Assembly: GCA_964549245.1 (NCBI GenBank)
Contig: CAZJUO010000005.1
Location: forward strand, 1 to 33,413
Direction: 5' to 3'
Source of the DNA: an uncultured Gammaproteobacteria bacterium
GTDB taxonomy: Bacteria > Patescibacteriota > Patescibacteriia > UBA10025 > JAHIVO01
Length of the DNA: 33,413 bases
Position 1 is the first letter of the stretch. Each line of letters starts with the position of its first letter. Under the pieces are notes generated by a model. That model saw only the letters and a list, made by a program, of their open reading frames with translations, was not told the DNA's origin and searched no databases. The position numbers and the translations under genes are program-made. Of the stretch, positions 26,771 to 33,413 are shown in pieces.

Positions 26771-27115
26771 ATGTCCCACCGCATTGCCCAGATCAACGAA
26801 CTCCTAAAGCAAAAACTTAACTCCCTGATCACCGAAACGGGGATGGCTGATGCGGCTGACTGCTTGATAACCATCACTTCGGTAGATACCAGCCGCGACC
26901 TGGGCCAGGCCAAGGTATATGTCAGTATCATGCCGCAGACCAAAGAAAAAACTACCATCAATCAGCTGGCAAAAAAAGCTGGCTTTTATCGTCATCAATT
27001 AATTAAAATTCTTTCCATACGTAAAGTGCCGAAGCTTATGTTCTATGCTGATCATGCACAGCAAAAAGTCTCCCGGATTGACCAGCTTATTGACAAAATT
27101 CACCAGGGACAGTAG
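26771..27115 (+). CDS. rbfA: Ribosome-binding factor A
   Basis: ITITSVDTSRDLGQAKVYVS, RKVPKLMF..D; follows infB. Confidence 0.92.
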   Translation: MSHRIAQINELLKQKLNSLITETGMADAADCLITITSVDTSRDLGQAKVYVSIMPQTKEKTTINQLAKKAGFYRHQLIKILSIRKVPKLMFYADHAQQKVSRIDQLIDKIHQGQ

Positions 27116-27147
27116 ACTATAGAGCTTATTGCTAGTACCTAATTTGT

Positions 27148-28182
27148 ATGAAAGAATTTGCCTCACACTTCCAAAAAATCAAAGAGGAAATCAGCCGGGC
27201 ACAGAAAATACTGGTTATCGCTCACCAGAACCCGGACGGTGACGCTATTGGCTCGCTGCTTGGCATGGGACATTACCTGCGCCTGGTCAAAACTGAACAT
27301 ACGCTTTTCTGCCTGACACCGCCCCCTGATTACCTTCGTTTTCTGCCTGATATCGAAAACATTTCCTCTGATGAAAAAATGTTGACAGCCAAAGAACACG
27401 ACCTGGTTATTATTCTTGATTCAGGGGATCTGGCTTATGCCGGTATAGAGCGGCACTTCCGCAAACTCAAAGGACTGCCCCTGGTTATCAATATCGATCA
27501 CCATCCAACCAACCAGCAATTTGGCCACCTCAATCTGGTGCATCCGAAAGCCTCTTCTACTGCGGAAATTATCTTTCATTTTTTTGATTACTTTCGCATC
27601 CCCATCACCAAGGAAGTGGCCACTCATTTATTGACCGGCATATTAACTGATACCGGCAGTTTTTCCAACCTAGCAACTACCCCGTCCTCCATGGAAGTAG
27701 CTTCTCGGCTATTAACCCACGGCGCGCGAGTCAAAGAAATCATGAACTACACCCTGAAAAACAAATCCCTTACCCAACTGCAGCTCTGGGGACGTGCCCT
27801 CTCGCGCCTCAAAGTAAACCAGCAAACCGGCATTGTAACTACCGTCCTCACTATCAAAGACTTTCGGGAGTTGGGTATTGACGATGACAGCAGCGAAGGA
27901 ATTTCTAACTTTCTCAATAACGTAGAAAATGCGAAAGCCATCATTGTTTTCAGGGAAAAATCAGACGGCACCATAAAGGCCAGCCTGCGCACCACCAAAC
28001 CCAATGTTGATGTCTCAAACATAGCGAAATTTTTCGGTGGGGGCGGGCATAAAAAAGCGGCCGGCTTTACCATCAAAGGTACCTTGCAAGAAACCGCCAA
28101 TGGCTGGAAAATCAATACCGACAAGGCTAATAAAAGCAAGGGGAGTCAACCGCTCTCTGCTGATCCCTCAAAGCTGCTATAA
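27148..28182 (+). CDS. nrnA: DHH/DHHA1 oligoribonuclease / pAp phosphatase
   Basis: HQNPDGDAIGS, IDHH, TDTGSF, SLR, GGGGHKKAAG; infB-rbfA-nrnA synteny. Confidence 0.93.
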   Translation: MKEFASHFQKIKEEISRAQKILVIAHQNPDGDAIGSLLGMGHYLRLVKTEHTLFCLTPPPDYLRFLPDIENISSDEKMLTAKEHDLVIILDSGDLAYAGIERHFRKLKGLPLVINIDHHPTNQQFGHLNLVHPKASSTAEIIFHFFDYFRIPITKEVATHLLTGILTDTGSFSNLATTPSSMEVASRLLTHGARVKEIMNYTLKNKSLTQLQLWGRALSRLKVNQQTGIVTTVLTIKDFRELGIDDDSSEGISNFLNNVENAKAIIVFREKSDGTIKASLRTTKPNVDVSNIAKFFGGGGHKKAAGFTIKGTLQETANGWKINTDKANKSKGSQPLSADPSKLL

Positions 28183-28650
28183 ACCCTTGATATAATTTTT
28201 AACCCGTGTATAATACTATATTATACTTTTTTTGATCCTTATATTAACTAGCAACAAGCAAAAGGCTGTGTATGAGATACCCCGTATGGGGATTAGTAGT
28301 AATACGTCGCAAAACCAGATAACAAGGAGGAATCCTAAGGATGCCTTTCTACTAACGATGCTATTTGTTAACATTTAGTTAACTAACCGGAAAAATGCTA
28401 GAAGAGCGGGCCAGCAGCGGTTGGCCTGCGTATGGTTGGTAGTAGTGTCGGCATATAATACTTAGGGCCGGCCCTGGCTTACGAGCCGGTATTACCCCCG
28501 GGCGAAGAGCTGCTGCAGGAAATAGCTCCTGCCAATATTTCGGCTCTATATAAACAAAAGAGGAGACCACTATAGGTGGACCAAACGAGCGGTATTACTC
28601 CCACCGCGTTATACGCCCGGCAAGCCGAATTGCTATATCAACCCTTTACA

Positions 28651-28688
28651 GCCCCGTTTGTATATTACATACAACACGGGGCTTTTTT
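28651..28688 (+). terminator. Intrinsic terminator
   Basis: GCCCCG...CGGGGC-TTTTTT with an inner TTGTAT/ATACAA stem. Confidence 0.75.
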
Positions 28689-28699
28689 ATTTCGACACA

Positions 28700-28729
28700 T
28701 TGACATAATAGCGAACTAACTACTATAAT
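28700..28729 (+). promoter_or_regulatory. Consensus sigma70 promoter with no intact downstream gene
   Basis: TTGACA-18 nt-TATAAT. Confidence 0.7.
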
Positions 28730-29065
28730 ACCGGTGTCTCTTTTGAGACGTTCGCAGTCCTTTTTTCAACCTTTTAACCTTATGGAGGTTTTTAAAAACA
28801 ATACTATGTTTTTAAACTTCTTCGTTTTTAGTTCTACAGTTTATACGATGGTGAACGCTTAACATCGATGGTGAACCGTAAGATTTGATAAAGCAGCTTT
28901 GCCTTGCCAAAGCCATCCGCTTGGTGATGCTTATGTTAAGCAAGTGTCCTACATATCTGCACAGGTACTGTAGAGCGCCCAAAAATTTGTAGGGTTCGAA
29001 TCCTGGAACGGTATTTTAGGCAATGGCCAGTAGACACTGCAATGCTCTTTATGCAAAATTTTACG

Positions 29066-29125
29066 AATCCGTTTCCACGTATTTTCTATTCGCGGAGAAT
29101 AGTCAATCAGGAAACGGATTTTTTT
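29066..29125 (+). terminator. Long hairpin terminator
   Basis: AATCCGTTTCC / GGAAACGGATT + T run; inner CTATTC/GAATAG hairpin. Confidence 0.65.
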
Positions 29126-29224
29126 ATTTGACAAAAAATATTACTACTTTATGATATAGTAATTACTATGTTCTTTCCTATCGGATATTAACCCTCAAAA
29201 AAAATAAATAAACGCGGAGTTGTT

Positions 29225-29521
29225 ATGCAGCCGTCATTCAAGCTTAACGAACAGGGATTTATGACAAGCGGCACTTGGTGTGCTGAAATTGCCCAGCAAA
29301 TAGCTCGGCAACAGGGCATTACCAATTTAACCGAAAAACACTGGCAAGTTATTAATTTTATACGGGAACACCACCAGCGACATGGTCTAGCTCCAATGAT
29401 CAGGGCTATCTGCAATGAAAATAACATTAGCGTAAAGACGCTCTATATGTTATTCCCCCATGGACCGGCCAAAGGAGCCTGCGCCATAGCCGGCCTGCCA
29501 AAAGCTACCGGCTGCGTATAG
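29225..29521 (+). CDS. dsrC: TusE/DsrC/DsvC family sulfur relay protein
   Basis: [37 protein letters not shown] with the C-x10-C C-terminus. Confidence 0.88.
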   Translation: MQPSFKLNEQGFMTSGTWCAEIAQQIARQQGITNLTEKHWQVINFIREHHQRHGLAPMIRAICNENNISVKTLYMLFPHGPAKGACAIAGLPKATGCV

Positions 29522-29544
29522 ACCAAGATTCACTTTGTTAGTCC

Positions 29545-29573
29545 AAACCGCCATTACCTCAATGGCGGTTTTT
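29545..29573 (+). terminator. Intrinsic terminator
   Basis: AAACCGCCATT / AATGGCGGTTTTT. Confidence 0.8.
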
Positions 29574-29657
29574 AAAAATGCCTGTTTTTGCAGTCAGTTG
29601 ACAAATAAACTACAATTACTATACTATATATTACAGTTTATTAATCTAATCGAACGC

Positions 29658-30242
29658 ATGCAATTAGTTCCCACGGTAGTAGAAAAATCAAATTTTGGCG
29701 AGAGAGCGTACGACATATACTCTCGGCTGCTAAAAGAAAGGATTATCTTCCTTGGCAATCCCATCAATGACGTGGTGGCAAATACCGTTATCGCGCAATT
29801 ATTATTCTTAGAATCGGAGGATAAATCCAAGGATATAAAACTCTACATCAATACTCCAGGCGGATCGGTTACTGCGGGTATGGCGATTTATGATACCATG
29901 CAATACGTAAAACCCGACGTAGCCACTATCTGCGTTGGCCTAGCCGGCTCAATGGGTGCCGTCTTGCTGGCTTCCGGCGCCAAAGGCAAGCGATTTGCCC
30001 TGCCGAATTCCGAAACCATGCTGCATCAGGTGATGGGCGGCGCGGAAGGCCAAGCGGTTGACATCAAAATCAGGGCGGAGCATATCATCAAAATCCGCGA
30101 CCGCATCAACAGTATTTTATCAAAACACACCGGCAAGTCACTGGAAAAAATCAGCCAAGATACCGACCGTGATTTTTTCATGAACGCCGACCAGGCAAAA
30201 AAATACGGTTTGATCGATAAAATCATACACAGCAGTAAATAG
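29658..30242 (+). CDS. clpP: ATP-dependent Clp protease proteolytic subunit
   Basis: [31 protein letters not shown] (Ser), MLHQ (His), DRDFFM; start at MQLVP after TTGACA-16-TATACT (29598-29625). Confidence 0.97.
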   Translation: MQLVPTVVEKSNFGERAYDIYSRLLKERIIFLGNPINDVVANTVIAQLLFLESEDKSKDIKLYINTPGGSVTAGMAIYDTMQYVKPDVATICVGLAGSMGAVLLASGAKGKRFALPNSETMLHQVMGGAEGQAVDIKIRAEHIIKIRDRINSILSKHTGKSLEKISQDTDRDFFMNADQAKKYGLIDKIIHSSK

Positions 30243-30360
30243 AGTTTTCAAAATAATCCTACAACCTAGCAGCCGAGGTCTGATTGCATCAGGTCCCCGG
30301 TTATTTTACTAACAAATATTCGTTAAACAAATAAAGCAATAAATAATTAATTATAACCAT

Positions 30361-31893
30361 ATGGAAATTCAATCATGGATCTGGATTGTCCTCACTGTAG
30401 TCGGCTTGCCCGGCGGCATGATTGTCGGCTGGTGGGCCCGGAAAGTCTGGGCTTCCAAGAAGATAGATACCGCCGAAGCCAAACTGCAGTCATTAATCCA
30501 GGAAACAAAAAATAAGCAAAACGAGATCCTGCTCAAAGCCAAAGACAAAGCCATGGAAATCACTGACAAGGCTAAAGAAGAGGCCGAATCAAGGCGCCAA
30601 GAGGTGCGGGACCTCCAAAGACGTCTTGAAAAACGTGAGAGCTTGTTTGATCAGAAGCTGATTAATCTCGAGGAAAAACAGCAAAAACTGTACGATAAAG
30701 CCAGCCGCTTGGAATCAGCAAAAAAAGAAATTTTGAGCATCAAACAGCAGCAAATGGATAAACTGCAGAAAATCGCTGAACTAAAAAAAGAAGAAGCTCG
30801 GGACGTATTGCTGAAAAATACTGAAAATGAAATGAAAGAAGAGCTCACCCAGCGCATCAACAAGCTCCAAAAAGAATCATCCGAAACCCTGGAACGCGAG
30901 GCTAAAGACATGCTTAGCAGGGTAGTTTTCCGCTGTGCCGCCCCTCATACCGCGGAAACAACCACTACGGTGGTCAACCTGCCGTCTGATGAAATGAAAG
31001 GGCGCATCATCGGCAGAGAAGGGCGCAATATCAAAGCTCTGGAACAATTAACCGGCGTAGAAATCATCGTTGACGACACGCCAGAGGCTATCATTGTTTC
31101 CGGTTTTTCTCCGATCCGCCGCCATTTAGCTAAACGAGCTCTAGATAAATTAATACAGGACGGACGCATCCATCCAGGACGCATCGAAGAGGCCGTTGAG
31201 GATGCCAAAAAAGACTTGGCTCTAGACATCAAAAAAGCCGGTGAAGAAGCTGCCTATGAAGTGGGTATCGCCGGCCTGGAACCAAAACTGCTGCAAATCA
31301 TCGGTCGGCTTAAATATCGTACCAGTTATGGCCAGAATAACCTGCGCCACGCCATTGAAGTAGCCCATCTCTCTGCCTTATTGGCGGAGGAGTTGGGAGC
31401 AGATGTGGCCATCGCGAAAAAAGGAGGCTTTCTCCATGATATCGGTAAAGCAGTCGACCATGAAGTGCAGGGAACGCATCCGGAAATCGGAAAAGATATC
31501 GGTAAAAAGTTTGGCCTCTCGAAAGAGATTATCAACTGTATCGCCTACCACCATGAAGACGAACCGCCTTCACTGGAAGCCCTGATCGTAAAAATTGCCG
31601 ACGCCATCTCGGGAGCCCGGCCCGGCGCCAGAAAAGACACCTATGAAGATTACCTGCAGCGATTGACTGAATTGGAAGACGTAGCCAAATCTTTTGACGG
31701 GGTTGATAAAACGTACGCCATACAAGCTGGCCGCGAGGTGCGTGTTTTTGTCATGCCCGATAAAATTGATGACTACCAAGCGGTTAAACTATCCAAAGAC
31801 ATTGCCAATAAGATCGAGCAAGAGCTAAAATACCCCGGCGAAATAAAAGTCAACGTCATCCGCGAAACGCGCATTATTGAATATGCCCGCTAA
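30361..31893 (+). CDS. rny: Ribonuclease Y
   Basis: N-terminal TM, coiled coil, KH domain MKGRIIGREGRNI, HD domain LHDIGKA. Confidence 0.97.
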   Translation: MEIQSWIWIVLTVVGLPGGMIVGWWARKVWASKKIDTAEAKLQSLIQETKNKQNEILLKAKDKAMEITDKAKEEAESRRQEVRDLQRRLEKRESLFDQKLINLEEKQQKLYDKASRLESAKKEILSIKQQQMDKLQKIAELKKEEARDVLLKNTENEMKEELTQRINKLQKESSETLEREAKDMLSRVVFRCAAPHTAETTTTVVNLPSDEMKGRIIGREGRNIKALEQLTGVEIIVDDTPEAIIVSGFSPIRRHLAKRALDKLIQDGRIHPGRIEEAVEDAKKDLALDIKKAGEEAAYEVGIAGLEPKLLQIIGRLKYRTSYGQNNLRHAIEVAHLSALLAEELGADVAIAKKGGFLHDIGKAVDHEVQGTHPEIGKDIGKKFGLSKEIINCIAYHHEDEPPSLEALIVKIADAISGARPGARKDTYEDYLQRLTELEDVAKSFDGVDKTYAIQAGREVRVFVMPDKIDDYQAVKLSKDIANKIEQELKYPGEIKVNVIRETRIIEYAR

Positions 31894-32052
31894 CTAAAAA
31901 AAAGCATAACATGAGCTAAACGAGCTATATGTTCAGATGGTAAAAAGATAATAAGCTAATAGGTCTATATGATTTTGCAACAATGGCTTCTATTCTTCTT
32001 TCCTCTTAACCTATAGTTCCTATAGCTCCTTTCAGCCTCTAAAAAATATCTT

Positions 32053-32865
32053 GTGTCCAATAATAAAATCACAATCCTCTTCATCGGCGATATCGTTGGT
32101 CGTGCCGGCCGAAAAGCTGTAGCGGCCATCATCCCGGAATTAAAAAAGGAATTACAGCCTGACTTCATTATTGCTAATGCCGAAAATCTGGCTCATGGCG
32201 TCGGAGTAACCAAAAAAACATTGGATCAATGCCATGAAGCCGGCATCAACCTCTTCACATCTGGAAATCACATTTGGAAAAAAGAAGAGGTAAATGAAAT
32301 TTTCCAAGACCCGGACGCGCCGCTGATACGGCCGGCTAACTATGATGATACCTACCCCGGCCAAGGCTATACCAGCGTAGTGGTAGGCACCCAGACCCTG
32401 CTGGTTGCCAATTTAAACGGACGTGTCTTCATGCAGGAAAAATTCAAGGACCCGTTCGCTACCATCGACCAAATACTGACCCAGCACCCAAAGGAGCAAT
32501 ACGCAGGCATTATCGTTGATTTTCACGCCGAAGCCACTTCTGAAAAAATCGCTTTTGGCTGGTATGTGGACGGACGCGTCAGCGCTGTCATCGGCACGCA
32601 CACGCACATACCTACTGCGGACGAGAAAATATTACCAGGCGGAACCGCGTATATAACTGATGTAGGCATGGTCGGGCCAAAATCGTCCGTTCTGGGAGTA
32701 TCAACCGATATCATCATACACAATTTCCTGCATCCAGAATCACGCCAAACGCACGATATCCCCACCACGGGTATTTGCCTCGTCAACGCTGTCATGGTAA
32801 CCATTAACACTGAAACAAAAAAGGCCGAAACAATCACTAGAATTTATCGTGAAATTGAGGTATAA
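32053..32865 (+). CDS. ymdB: YmdB/TIGR00282 metallophosphoesterase
   Basis: FIGDIVG, NAEN, SGNHIW, DFHAEATSEK, GTHTH, TDVGM; rny-ymdB synteny. Confidence 0.95.
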   Translation: MSNNKITILFIGDIVGRAGRKAVAAIIPELKKELQPDFIIANAENLAHGVGVTKKTLDQCHEAGINLFTSGNHIWKKEEVNEIFQDPDAPLIRPANYDDTYPGQGYTSVVVGTQTLLVANLNGRVFMQEKFKDPFATIDQILTQHPKEQYAGIIVDFHAEATSEKIAFGWYVDGRVSAVIGTHTHIPTADEKILPGGTAYITDVGMVGPKSSVLGVSTDIIIHNFLHPESRQTHDIPTTGICLVNAVMVTINTETKKAETITRIYREIEV

Positions 32866-32927
32866 TACTAATCACATTCCGCCTCATATACCCTTAATTA
32901 GTAATGACTACGAAAGGAGGTGTATAC

Positions 32928-33212
32928 ATGCATAAAGCTGAATTAATAAATCGCATCGCTGAAAAAGTCGGCGTATCCAAAAAGCAAGCCGAAGACATGC
33001 TGGATGCCTTCGAGAGTATCACCATTGATGCCCTCAAGCAAGGCCAGGAAGTAACCCTAACCGGTTTTGGCACCTTCATGGCCAAAGTACGTTCAGCGCG
33101 CGGTGGAGTAAACCCCCAAAACCCCTCTGAACGGATCCAGATTCCCGAAGTAACCGTACCGAAATTCAAAGCTGGCAAGGCCTTAAAAGACGCTCTCAAG
33201 AACAAACAATAG
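32928..33212 (+). CDS. hup: HU family DNA-binding protein
   Basis: MHKAELI...GFGTF...R.GVNP...PKFKAGKALKD; SD AAAGGAGGTG before ATG 32928. Confidence 0.96.
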   Translation: MHKAELINRIAEKVGVSKKQAEDMLDAFESITIDALKQGQEVTLTGFGTFMAKVRSARGGVNPQNPSERIQIPEVTVPKFKAGKALKDALKNKQ

Positions 33213-33265
33213 TGGAATTTATGAAGGTTTTTTGGCTTGCCAAAAAGCCCGACTTTGTTATAAAA

Positions 33266-33296
33266 CAAAAGCCCCACTCTCTATAGGGGGTTTTTG
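33266..33296 (+). terminator. Probable terminator after HU
   Basis: CAAAAGCCCC / GGGGTTTTTG. Confidence 0.55.
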
Positions 33297-33413
33297 TGTT
33301 GCGAAAAAATAGCCCTGTACCACATACAGAGGTTTTATTTATCAAAAAGCGCACTGCTTATAGTGCGCCATTTTTTTTAGTTTGAATGCAAAAAGATTTC
33401 TTTGCACTGGTGG

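Noticed and set aside
28960-29010. Intact tRNA or tmRNA
   Set aside because: T-loop motif only; no acceptor stem, and too few bases for an anticodon arm.

Overview
A roughly 42% GC (estimated by eye) bacterial chromosomal segment using the standard genetic code. Its gene repertoire suggests Patescibacteria/CPR (Parcubacteria-like); this is inference, not a placement. The left 23 kb is mostly minus-strand: a 7TM protein plus histidine kinase, comM, an interrupted four-helix-bundle gene in short repeats, an RsuA-family pseudouridine synthase, a six-hairpin glycosidase, lspA, a DksA/TraR protein, a 1451-aa FG-GAP surface protein, a trxA-trxB-aminotransferase-gdh operon, small accessory cassettes (ubiquitin-like fold, two pseudo-receivers, a stand-alone PEP-utilizer domain plus partner, TrmB), three tRNAs and two parS sites. 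The right 10 kb is plus-strand core genes: bactofilin, DAG kinase-like, infB-rbfA-nrnA, DsrC/TusE, clpP, rny-ymdB and HU. The most striking unexplained structure is at the tRNA loci. Both intact tRNA-Ala genes lie in the loop of a GC-rich palindrome that is itself nested inside decayed older tRNA-Ala copies (three concentric layers at 21221-21430), and tRNA-Arg has weaker palindromic flanks. Protein family calls come from motif recognition only; no database searches were run.
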